Shown here: piece after piece, positions 7,845 through 15,740 of the stretch | Layout of the letters: each line of letters opens with the position of its first letter | Numbering within the stretch: the first letter of the stretch is position 1 | Source: a virus | Lineage: Duplodnaviria > Caudoviricetes | IMG/VR virus record: IMGVR_UViG_3300028549_001457 | Coordinates: 192,001 to 256,000 of that record | Direction: 5' to 3' (one strand) | Length of the DNA stretch: 64,000 nt | The notes under the pieces: generated by a model | What the model was told of the DNA's origin: nothing | The model's input: the letters and a program-made list of their open reading frames with translations, nothing else | Databases searched by the model: none | Translations under genes and position numbers: made by a program

Positions 7845-8240
7845 ATGAATTTTACTGCAAATACCCTTTCCGAAATCTGCACGATGACTGCAACCTCGCT
7901 AAAGATTGTGTTTCCGGATCAGGATTGGACTGTGCTTCCCGAAATAAGTCCTGATAAGGGGCAAGTGGGTCTTTTCATCGCTACAATGAAGCCAGGGACC
8001 GAAAATGTTGTGGTTTCTCGTCCCATGGTTAGTATTCTGACCCCTTGGGAACTCAACAAGCATGAATTGCTTGTTGAGCTTGTGGGTGCGTTCCAGAAGG
8101 AACTCAGCGCACTAAATACCCCTGCTAGCGAAGAGGCCGCAGGAAGCCCACCCAATCCCCTGGTTCCCAGGGAATTTGTTGAGGGGGCTCCTAAGCGAAA
8201 GGGTAGGCCAGTAGGTTCAAAGAATACCCCAAAATCTTAA
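7845..8240 (+). CDS. hypothetical protein with C-terminal AT-hook-like KRKGRP
   Basis: 131-aa ORF followed by a GC hairpin at 8253-8275. Confidence 0.6.
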   Translation: MNFTANTLSEICTMTATSLKIVFPDQDWTVLPEISPDKGQVGLFIATMKPGTENVVVSRPMVSILTPWELNKHELLVELVGAFQKELSALNTPASEEAAGSPPNPLVPREFVEGAPKRKGRPVGSKNTPKS

Positions 8241-8293
8241 CTCATCAAACCGTGGGGGGAGTCATGACCCCCCCAGCCTCTTACCTGTAGTAT

Positions 8294-8669
8294 GGGGGTG
8301 CCATGGTTTTGACAGGTTGTTTATTTGAAGAGTAGTGCAGGTAGGGGTGGGCTGGCCCCTTTAATAAGCCCAAAAGCTATAACTGCCGAAGACACAATGC
8401 TTCTTCAGGCTGCGTAAGCAGCAACCTCTTAGTGAGCGTTTGGTAACTAAGTTGTATGTTCTTCAGAGGGTGGATTCGTCCTACTGATGGGGGATAACAG
8501 ACTGGACTCCGGTGACGCTTTCCTAGCCTGAGTTAAGAGCGTAGAGAGCAAGTCCTTGAATAGGGTTAGCCCAACTCCCTATAGAGGTCACGAAAAATGG
8601 GCTAAACCTGTGAATGAATTACCTTTAGAGGCTTCTTGGACATCGGTTCGATTCCGATCACCTCCACCA
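8294..8669 (+). ncRNA. ssrA: tmRNA, tag AEDTMLLQAA* (8385-8417)
   Basis: GGGGGTG/CACCTCC + ACCA with G3.U70, GGTTTTGAC, resume context ATAACT-GCC, T-arm TCGGTTCGATTCCGA. Confidence 0.93.
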
Positions 8670-8694
8670 TTTGGGTTTAACCGCCCACGGGGAA

Positions 8695-8851
8695 TGCTAG
8701 TGCCCCGCCGTAGTCACGATGTACCCCTAACAGTGGAAACACTGGGCCTGGAAGCGAGTCCCTTCGGAAAAGCTACTAACTGAGAATAAATCCTACTGTA
8801 ACCAATCAGGTGGACGAAAACAGTCACCCTGTAGCACTAGCAACCTTTTTT
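8695..8851 (+). ncRNA. candidate ~150-nt structured RNA C
   Basis: 9-bp closing stem TGCTAGTGC/GCACTAGCA, internal CAGTG-GAAA-CACTG and GGTGGAC/GTCACC hairpins, T-tract. Confidence 0.45.
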
Positions 8852-8853
8852 AT

Positions 8854-8881
8854 GTCTCCCGTAAAGGGAGTGGATTGAAAC
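8854..8881 (+). repeat. solitary CRISPR-repeat-like unit 1
   Basis: GTCTCCCGTAAAGGGAGTGGATTGAAAC: hairpin plus the type I 3' handle TGGATTGAAAC; no array. Confidence 0.6.
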
Positions 8882-8981
8882 AAGCACGTTTCTTCGTGTT
8901 ACCCTATATGTGGGTTTCGGGGGATTGCCGTGGGCGGCACAGCACCGCAACGAGTAAGGCTGCGTTAGTGCCTTTTATTAA

Positions 8982-9056
8982 GCCGTAGTAGCTCAGGGGT
9001 AGAGCCCTGGTTTTGTAAACCAGTTGTCGGGGGTTCAAATCCCTCCTACGGCTCCA
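8982..9056 (+). tRNA. trnT: tRNA-Thr(UGU)
   Basis: GCCGTAG/CTACGGC + TCCA, CTGGT-TTTGTAA-ACCAG. Confidence 0.95.
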
Positions 9057-9071
9057 AGTTTAAGGACACAA

Positions 9072-9509
9072 ATGAAAACCATCATAGCAGGGTCCAGGGA
9101 AATTGAAGATTACTCTCTAGTAGAAGCCGCTGTCGCTCAATCTGGTTTTACCATTACAGAAGTAGTTTCTGGAACCGCTAGGGGTGTAGATAGATTAGGT
9201 GAAGAGTGGGCTGCGCGACACGGGGTTCCAGTCAAGCGTTTCCCAGCTAACTGGGATGCTTACAAGAAAGAGGCTGGTTTTATTCGTAATGAAGAAATGG
9301 GTCTTTATGCGGAAGCTCTTGTAGCGGTTACAAATGGTTCCAGAGGAACCCAGCATATGATCGACTATGCAACAAAACGTGGGCTAAAGGTTTTTATTTT
9401 TGAAGATCCCACACCGTCATTAATCGCTGCTTTTAACGCAAGTCCAGAAGCGAAAAAATCGTTGCTAAATGCTAACATACACATCCGAAGATCGTCTGAC
9501 TTTGAATGA
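9072..9509 (+). CDS. SLOG-family (DUF2493/YspA-like) protein
   Basis: MKTIIAGSR...VVSGTARGVDRLGEEWA...AGFIRNEEM...GSRGTQHMI; ATG 9072 lies after the tRNA. Confidence 0.85.
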   Translation: MKTIIAGSREIEDYSLVEAAVAQSGFTITEVVSGTARGVDRLGEEWAARHGVPVKRFPANWDAYKKEAGFIRNEEMGLYAEALVAVTNGSRGTQHMIDYATKRGLKVFIFEDPTPSLIAAFNASPEAKKSLLNANIHIRRSSDFE

Positions 9510-9577
9510 GGCTGTCATGAACGCACCCACTGAAAGTCCTCCTGCTTAGGTCAAATTGACCAAGTTGGAGGTGCCAA

Positions 9578-9721
9578 ATGGCGCTAAGTGCAAAGCACAG
9601 TAAGTCTGTGCAGAAGATGTCCACCGAGCAGTTGCAGTCGGTGGTCCAGGCTGGGACCCTTCTTTCCGCAGCGGCGAAGGCCGAGTTGCAGAAGCGGGGG
9701 GTGTCAGTCAGGAAAAAGTAG
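9578..9721 (+). CDS. 47-aa basic protein MALSAKHSKS...
   Basis: GGAGGT RBS; followed by a GCCGGGG/CCCCGGC hairpin. Confidence 0.6.
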   Translation: MALSAKHSKSVQKMSTEQLQSVVQAGTLLSAAAKAELQKRGVSVRKK

Positions 9722-9788
9722 GTCTGGATCGGTAAGCCGGGGGCCGAGTAATTCCCCGGCAGTTTTACGGATGGAGGATTAATTTCCT

Positions 9789-9998
9789 ATGAAGTGCGTA
9801 CAGAATACCGTTACAAAGGAAATCCGGCGCGTGAGTGAAGATCGCGCCCTTGAATTGACCCAGAAGGATTGGGCCTTTGTTTCCAAGGAAACTTGGAAGA
9901 AGGGGGAAGGGACTTCCTGGGTGAAGAACACCACCCCTGCTAATCCGATGTCGGAGAGCAAGAAGCATCGAATTTCCAAAAAGAATGCTAGGGGGTAA
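9789..9998 (+). CDS. small basic hypothetical protein
   Basis: GGAGG RBS, 69 aa. Confidence 0.65.
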   Translation: MKCVQNTVTKEIRRVSEDRALELTQKDWAFVSKETWKKGEGTSWVKNTTPANPMSESKKHRISKKNARG

Positions 9999-10058
9999 TA
10001 GTTACTAGGGCTGGATTTATCGGGAATTTCTACCGTATCTTTCATTGAGGAGACTCGC

Positions 10059-10226
10059 ATGAAAAACGGTAGTCATTCACGCCATACTTATCCCTACGAT
10101 AAGTCGCTTCCTGTTGAACTGGCGCATCAAACAGCAGGGCATCCAGCGCAAAAGCAGACCATGAAAAAGCTGCAAAAGCGTAAGGCAAGGCAGCATACTA
10201 AATTGGTCTGTAAGGAAGTTGAGTAA
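10059..10226 (+). CDS. 55-aa hypothetical protein
   Basis: GAGGAG RBS, downstream of the promoter copy at 10011-10040. Confidence 0.55.
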   Translation: MKNGSHSRHTYPYDKSLPVELAHQTAGHPAQKQTMKKLQKRKARQHTKLVCKEVE

Positions 10227-10227
10227 T

Positions 10228-10301
10228 GCGGGTGTAACTCAGTGGTAGAGTGCTAGCTTCCAAGCTGGAAGTCGAGGGTTCAAATCCCTTCACCCGCTCC
10301 A
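10228..10301 (+). tRNA. trnG: tRNA-Gly(UCC)-like gene with 6-nt anticodon loop
   Basis: GCGGGTG/CACCCGC + TCCA; CTAGC-TTCCAA-GCTGG; total 74 nt. Confidence 0.8.
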
Positions 10302-10322
10302 TAACCTCTTTCACGGTGCAAG

Positions 10323-10586
10323 ATGTCTACGTGTTCCTACAATTATGTTTGTTTCTCTTGCCGCACACACTATCGTCGGAAGGCGTGGGGGGGTGGGACT
10401 GCAATTTGTGGGATATGCCAGAAGCCCTGTGTTTGTGTGGGTCATAAGTGGCGTGTGCCACCTAAGACAGACCTGAAAGCTTGGGATATCATGCTTGAAA
10501 AGTTCAGGCATTGCCTTCCAGCCGAGATCCTAGTAGGTAAATTAGAGCAAAACACACCCGGTACGCCTCTGGTTCGTAAGAATTAA
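10323..10586 (+). CDS. Zn-ribbon hypothetical protein
   Basis: CFSC...CGIC...VGHKWRVPPK.D.KAW. Confidence 0.65.
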   Translation: MSTCSYNYVCFSCRTHYRRKAWGGGTAICGICQKPCVCVGHKWRVPPKTDLKAWDIMLEKFRHCLPAEILVGKLEQNTPGTPLVRKN

Positions 10587-10731
10587 GCGCACCATCTGAC
10601 CTGGATTTACAGGCCCCCTCGGGATGCGGGTGATAGGCTGGGACAACCGGAAAGGGGTAGGTAGGCAAGTGGCTTAAGACGCTTGTTTATTGCGGCCCTC
10701 CAATGGAGTAGATAACGTAGGGCTCCTCAAT

Positions 10732-10818
10732 GCGAATGTGGCGTAACTGGTAGCCGCCCAGGTCTTAGAAGCCTGTGTCCGAAAGGGCGTGTCGGTTCGA
10801 TTCCGACCATTCGCACCA
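10732..10818 (+). tRNA. trnL: tRNA-Leu(UAG)
   Basis: GCGAATG/CATTCGC + ACCA, CAGGT-CTTAGAA-GCCTG, long variable arm. Confidence 0.95.
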
Positions 10819-10856
10819 ATCTTGTTTAGGAGATATCCTTTTAGGTAGAGGATATC

Positions 10857-11159
10857 ATGATTCACACTACTTCCCTAACAATCCATCATGATGCAGCGGG
10901 TCTGGTAAAACCTGTGCAGTCAAAATATGTTCTCATTCAGGTTATGCTGAAAGGTGCCAATATAGACCTGACGGGCTTGATCGAGCGTGAGAATGGTGGT
11001 TATGTAGGTAAAGTTAGCGTTATGGGTAAGACTATTGAATCTGAGTGGGAAGTTAGTCTTAAGTCAGCTCATAGCGGTCTTCAAAAAAGTGCTCAAAAAT
11101 TCATTGATAAACTGGGTTTGCGTGAGAAGCAGCACGAACATGAGTTTGCTCACGCTTAA
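10857..11159 (+). CDS. hypothetical protein
   Basis: GAGG RBS, 100 aa. Confidence 0.65.
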   Translation: MIHTTSLTIHHDAAGLVKPVQSKYVLIQVMLKGANIDLTGLIERENGGYVGKVSVMGKTIESEWEVSLKSAHSGLQKSAQKFIDKLGLREKQHEHEFAHA

Positions 11160-11161
11160 AT

Positions 11162-11300
11162 AAAACACACGGGAATGCGTAGCTACGATGCGGTAATACC
11201 CCGTTGATCTGCATAACCTGTATCAGGGAATCTCACCTCAAGCGTGACTGATCTGTGTGCCTCGGGAGAGGCCAACATGAGGAAGGTGGGAGTGTGTTTT
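11162..11300 (+). ncRNA. candidate ~140-nt structured RNA D
   Basis: closing stem AAAACACAC/GTGTGTTTT, CTCACCT/AGGTGGG, GCCTC-GGGA-GAGGC. Confidence 0.45.
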
Positions 11301-11331
11301 TATTAGTTGTATCTGTAGCATGGGAGGCCTT

Positions 11332-11499
11332 ATGGCTAAGGTTGATTATAGACTGGCATTGGAAAATGCTCATAAATCTCTCGCCCAGGATGAGTTTTTT
11401 AGGAGACTGAGCAAGATGGGTCCCGAGGAGCAGTCCGAGTTTCTGAAGAAATTGTCGGTTCCCGATGACGCAGTTATTGAAGTTGGAGAAGAATCCTAA
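11332..11499 (+). CDS. 55-aa acidic hypothetical protein
   Basis: GGGAGG RBS, MAKVDYRLALEN... Confidence 0.6.
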   Translation: MAKVDYRLALENAHKSLAQDEFFRRLSKMGPEEQSEFLKKLSVPDDAVIEVGEES

Positions 11500-11610
11500 T
11501 TTTTTCTTTTAATGAAATTAATTCCTGGTATCTCTCTTAGGTAAGATCCTTGACAATTTGTCCAGTAGCGAGTATCCGGTTACTTCGTTAATATGACTCA
11601 GTGTTATATT

Positions 11611-11876
11611 TACCTTGGATGTAAGGTCCCGAAGGAACCACCTGAAGGTAGGGGGGTTAGCGTAAAAACTAACCTTGAGATACATGAGTAACTTCCCTCA
11701 TGGCATCTCTTATCGGGTGGGCATCCCACAGATGCTTAAAAAGTGAACCCCGTATACGTTAATCTCTGGACAGCACTTTCACGGTAGCAAGTAAAGAGTT
11801 CCTTCGGCTATGAAACTCTATACAACAAACCTCCGTGTTCTTTCCGGCCCCTCCTACTCCGAGGGGCTTTTTCTTT
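11611..11876 (+). ncRNA. candidate large structured ncRNA B
   Basis: serial hairpins (TACCTT/AAGGTA, GGTTAG/CTAACC, CATGAG/CTCATG, GCATC/GATGC) ending in the terminator GCCCCTC/GAGGGGC-TTTTT. Confidence 0.55.
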
Positions 11877-11891
11877 AGGTGAGGAACTGTC

Positions 11892-12077
11892 ATGTACATA
11901 ACATCTACACAGTATTCAACTTATTTGGATTCTTACGAAAAGCAGGGCCACCTAATACAAGGCAACCCTTTGGGGAGACTCTTCTGTTCTGATTTTAATA
12001 TATCAGATCCTGACCTCTTTCGAGAAAACGATAATAAGGTGGCCGCAGCCTTAATCAGAAAAAGATATGTAGCCTAA
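11892..12077 (+). CDS. hypothetical protein
   Basis: GAGGA RBS, 61 aa. Confidence 0.5.
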   Translation: MYITSTQYSTYLDSYEKQGHLIQGNPLGRLFCSDFNISDPDLFRENDNKVAAALIRKRYVA

Positions 12078-12190
12078 AAAATTTTCTGGACTTTTGAATA
12101 ACTTTCTGCGTATTATATCTATGGCGACCAAATAGATGGTCCCCGCATCTCCCTGGCGCACTAGGGTAGCACATAGAAGGACGGTGCCCC

Positions 12191-13657
12191 ATGGCTCGTT
12201 TCGCTAAGACGGAAGTCTCTACTGTTAACACTCCTACTACTGTTAACTTGGCTGGAGGGGAAGCTTTTGCTATGTCCCCTAAGCTTGAGTTTGCTTCGGC
12301 GCTGTTGACTTGCTTCACCACGGATACTTATTACAAGTCCGGTGAGGGTCAGGTTAGTCGCATTGCCGATTTGTCCAAGACTGTTGACCCTTTGTTTGCA
12401 GCAAAGGCAGCTATCTTTACTCGTAAGAAGAATGGCCTCCGGTCTGTAAGCCACATTGTGGCCGGGGAACTCTCTCAGCGTGTGGATATCAAGGGCTTGG
12501 AGTGGACTCGTAAGTTCTACGAGCGGGTTGTCAATCGTCCTGATGACATCACCGAGACTCTTGCATATATCAAGTCCACGAGTGGTCAGAACCTCCGTAA
12601 GTTGAGCAACGCTATGAAGAAGGGTTTCGGCGCGGCTCTCGGTAAGTTTGATTCTTATCAGCTTGCCAAGTATCGTGGAGAGGGTAAGGATCTGAATCTG
12701 TATGATGCGGTCAATTTGCTGCACCCTAAGGCTACTGCTGCATTGACCGAGCTGATGACCGGGACTCTTAAGCCAGCCGAAACTTGGGAGACCAAGCTTA
12801 CTCAGGCTGGTCAGAAGGCATCTTCGGATACCGAGAAGGCCGAAATGAAGGGTCAGGCATGGCGTGAGCTTTTGACTGCTAACAAGCTGGGCTTCATGGC
12901 TTGCATCCGCAATCTTCGCAACATTGCGGAACAGGCTCCTGATGTAATGCCTTTGGCTCTGGAGTTCATTACGGACCCTCATCAGGTTAAGAAGTCCCTG
13001 ATGTTCCCCTTCCAGATTTATACTGCTACCGAAGCAATTCGTGGCACTAAGGCTGATACCCGTGAGGTTAAGCTGGCTCTGGAAAAGGCGATGGAGTTGA
13101 GCCTTGTCAATGTTCCCAAGTTTTCAGGTAAGACCCTGATTGCTGTTGATACCAGTGGATCTATGGCTGGTCGCCCCGTTCAGATTGCTGCGTTGTTTGC
13201 GGCTGTGCTGTTTAAGTCTAACGATGCAGACGTTCTGCGTTTTGCTTCGGGCGCTACCTACCTGGACCTCCACCCAGCGGATAGTCTTACCACGCTCACC
13301 GAGAAGATTCACCGCGCTTCCGGGGGTGGGACCGATTTCCACAGTATCTTCGAAACTGCTAATAAGGTCTATGACCGAATTATCATCCTTTCGGACATGC
13401 AAGCTTGGGTAACTCGTCAGGTTAGTTCTTATTGCGCTGGGACCCCTCATGCCGCACATAAGGCTTACAAGCAGAAATTTGGAGCGGATCCTCGGATCTT
13501 CTCTTTCGATCTGACGGGTCAGGGGACCCTCCAGTTCCCCGAGAGCAAGGTTTTCGCTTTGGCGGGTTTTAGTGACGCCGTTTTGAAGACCATGCAGAAC
13601 CTCGAAATGGACCCTAATGCCCTCGTGCATGAAATCGAGTCTATTAGCTTGACCTGA
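12191..13657 (+). CDS. rsr: Ro60-related TROVE-domain RNA-binding protein
   Basis: N.AGG.AF, TROVE core (KFDSYQLAKY, TWET, LRN..N), vWA MIDAS DTSGSM, GGGTD, DRIIILSD. Confidence 0.93.
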   Translation: MARFAKTEVSTVNTPTTVNLAGGEAFAMSPKLEFASALLTCFTTDTYYKSGEGQVSRIADLSKTVDPLFAAKAAIFTRKKNGLRSVSHIVAGELSQRVDIKGLEWTRKFYERVVNRPDDITETLAYIKSTSGQNLRKLSNAMKKGFGAALGKFDSYQLAKYRGEGKDLNLYDAVNLLHPKATAALTELMTGTLKPAETWETKLTQAGQKASSDTEKAEMKGQAWRELLTANKLGFMACIRNLRNIAEQAPDVMPLALEFITDPHQVKKSLMFPFQIYTATEAIRGTKADTREVKLALEKAMELSLVNVPKFSGKTLIAVDTSGSMAGRPVQIAALFAAVLFKSNDADVLRFASGATYLDLHPADSLTTLTEKIHRASGGGTDFHSIFETANKVYDRIIILSDMQAWVTRQVSSYCAGTPHAAHKAYKQKFGADPRIFSFDLTGQGTLQFPESKVFALAGFSDAVLKTMQNLEMDPNALVHEIESISLT

Positions 13658-13674
13658 CAACTCAGGTCATTCCC

Positions 13675-13704
13675 AAAAAGCCCCTTTCATCGGGGGCTTT
13701 TTTA
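13675..13704 (+). terminator. intrinsic terminator after Ro60
   Basis: AAAAAGCCCC-TTTCATC-GGGGGCTTTTTT. Confidence 0.85.
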
Positions 13705-13761
13705 TTGCTTTTATTTAGAGGGGTTCTTATCTAACGATACTTAAATACATGAGACCTAAAT

Positions 13762-14253
13762 ATGCTTCTTAAATGGTTTTTCCTCTTGCACATAGTATTT
13801 CTACTCCCTATGTATAGCCAAGAGCTAACTGATCCCGAGGCCAAGGTCGCGGCAGTTAGTATCATATCTACCTTTACAACATGGCCCACGTATAAATGTG
13901 GGGAGCTTAGGGTTGGTTTTGTAGGGTCACCCTCTAAGTATTTTATGGATGCAATTGGTTCTAGATCTAAAAAGTATCCCGTAAAGTGGATACCGCTTCG
14001 ATGGAGTGAGGTTGATGCTGCAAAAATTGATGTTTTATATGTTTGTGATGATATTTTCTTTCCACAGGTAGTTCCACCGGGTGTCTTAACTATTTCGGAT
14101 GCACCCCTGTTTGCTGAACGTGGGGGTATGGTTCATATTTTTCTAAACGAACATCAACACCTTAGGTTATCTATTAATCTACGAGTAGTCTTAAAGAGTG
14201 GGCTTAAAATTGACTCAAAAGTCCTTAAACTGGCTAAAATTGTTGAGATATAA
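13762..14253 (+). CDS. yfiR: YfiR/HmsC-family (DUF4154) periplasmic regulator
   Basis: signal-like N-terminus; VLTISD...FAERGGMV...LRLSINL...GLKIDSKVLKLA C-terminal signature. Confidence 0.85.
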   Translation: MLLKWFFLLHIVFLLPMYSQELTDPEAKVAAVSIISTFTTWPTYKCGELRVGFVGSPSKYFMDAIGSRSKKYPVKWIPLRWSEVDAAKIDVLYVCDDIFFPQVVPPGVLTISDAPLFAERGGMVHIFLNEHQHLRLSINLRVVLKSGLKIDSKVLKLAKIVEI

Positions 14254-14258
14254 CCTAT

Positions 14259-15740
14259 ATGGCAATTAAGATTAGAAGTATCAAATATCAAGTTACTGCT
14301 GCGGTGGCTACGTCAGCTATTGCCTCAGCCTGCGTAACTCTCCTGTCATTTTATGGGTATACCTATTATACGGTTCGAAAGAATCTAATCCAAGATACCC
14401 AGTCTCAAGCCTCCGTTACAGTTAAAAACTTAGAGGCCTCGCTTATCTTTAACGATACTAAAGATGCCACGGACACACTATCCGCACTAAGTGAAAACCC
14501 AAGTATAAAGAGAGCTATTATTTATAAGAATGGGGCCGTATTTGCTAAGTTCCCTGAAGATCTTCATGTTCAGGATGGCCTCATAAACCACAAACCATAC
14601 TATTTTGACAAACACCTTGAAACTTGCACAAGTATACGTTTAGGTGAACGAGATAAAGCTGAACTACATCTTTCAGTATCCCTAGATACACTTAATTCAC
14701 GCCTAAACCTAGCGATGTTAACCCTGTTAAGTTTATCCGTAGTCTCCACTTTTATAGCTAGCTATTTGGCATACAGAGCTGCTAAAGCTATGATCACACC
14801 TATTCTTGTTTTAGCGGAGACTGCAAACTACGTTAAAACTACACAAGATTATAGTATTAGAGTTCCTGAGTCCAGGCACTCCCACGAAGTTACCCTTCTT
14901 GAGGTATCTTGCAATAATCTATTTGAAGAACTCCAAAGAAGAGAGACACATATTTCTAGTCAAAGAGGTCTTCTAGAGACGCTTGTGCAAGAGAGGACCG
15001 TTGAGTTAGAAGCTGCCAAACTAAAAGCTGAATTTGCGTCTAAAACTAAGTCATCCTTCCTTGCAAATATGAGTCATGAACTAAGAACCCCATTAACATC
15101 TATTATGATGTATTCTGAAATTGTTAAAGAAGACCTTGAATCTGGTAGTATTACACAGTCAAGTATTAAGGACGTAGATAAGGTCATTGCAGCTAGTGAG
15201 CACCTGCTTAGTCTAATTGATGATATTTTAGATCTAGCTAAAGTGGAGACAGGTAAGTTTGAACTTTACCTTGAAGATACCACCTTAGGGGATCTTCTGG
15301 AAGAAGTTACGAGTCAGGCTACTGTTTTAATGGAAGTAAATGATAACACGTTTACAGTTCATAATAACGCAACACCAAATTTGAGTTTATATACAGATGG
15401 TAAGCGAGTTAAGCAAATACTGTTAAATTTATTAAGCAATGCTGCAAAGTTTACTCATTCTGGATCAGTATCGCTGGTAATCCAAGATGTTGATAGTTCA
15501 ATACTCTTTACAGTATTGGATACAGGGATAGGGATGAGTGAAGAACAAGCTATACGTGTATGGGGTGAATTTGAGCAGGCTGACCAAGCTACTTCAAAGA
15601 AATTTGGGGGGACTGGGTTAGGGCTCTCTTTAACTAAAAAATTCACAGAAATGCTTGGTGGATCCATTGTTTTACAATCTACTTTAACGGTAGGCTCCTC
15701 GTTTACCGTGGCGCTCCCTCTCAGGAGTGCTTATGTGTAA
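14259..15740 (+). CDS. membrane sensor histidine kinase (CHASE8-like/HAMP/HisKA/HATPase)
   Basis: 2 TM segments, FLANMSHELRTPL H-box, NLLSNAAKFT N-box, DTGIGM, FEQAD, GGTGLGL. Confidence 0.95.
   Translation: MAIKIRSIKYQVTAAVATSAIASACVTLLSFYGYTYYTVRKNLIQDTQSQASVTVKNLEASLIFNDTKDATDTLSALSENPSIKRAIIYKNGAVFAKFPEDLHVQDGLINHKPYYFDKHLETCTSIRLGERDKAELHLSVSLDTLNSRLNLAMLTLLSLSVVSTFIASYLAYRAAKAMITPILVLAETANYVKTTQDYSIRVPESRHSHEVTLLEVSCNNLFEELQRRETHISSQRGLLETLVQERTVELEAAKLKAEFASKTKSSFLANMSHELRTPLTSIMMYSEIVKEDLESGSITQSSIKDVDKVIAASEHLLSLIDDILDLAKVETGKFELYLEDTTLGDLLEEVTSQATVLMEVNDNTFTVHNNATPNLSLYTDGKRVKQILLNLLSNAAKFTHSGSVSLVIQDVDSSILFTVLDTGIGMSEEQAIRVWGEFEQADQATSKKFGGTGLGLSLTKKFTEMLGGSIVLQSTLTVGSSFTVALPLRSAYV

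Noticed and set aside
8556-8783. Track ORFs overlapping RNA genes (also 1343, 3945, 9024 start, 10250, 10674)
   Set aside because: They run through tRNA or tmRNA sequence and are better explained as chance frames.
11620-11645. SRP RNA helix 8 (AAGGTCCCGAAGGAACC)
   Set aside because: Lacks the GNRA loop, the downstream GCAG element and the long rod-like fold of 4.5S RNA.
12161-12982. Long antisense ORFs opposite Ro60, SNF2 and the Ig/fibre genes (e.g. 273 aa, 229 aa, 203 aa)
   Set aside because: Shadow frames caused by codon bias and Ser/Thr/Gly repeats of the real plus-strand genes; no RBS or motifs.
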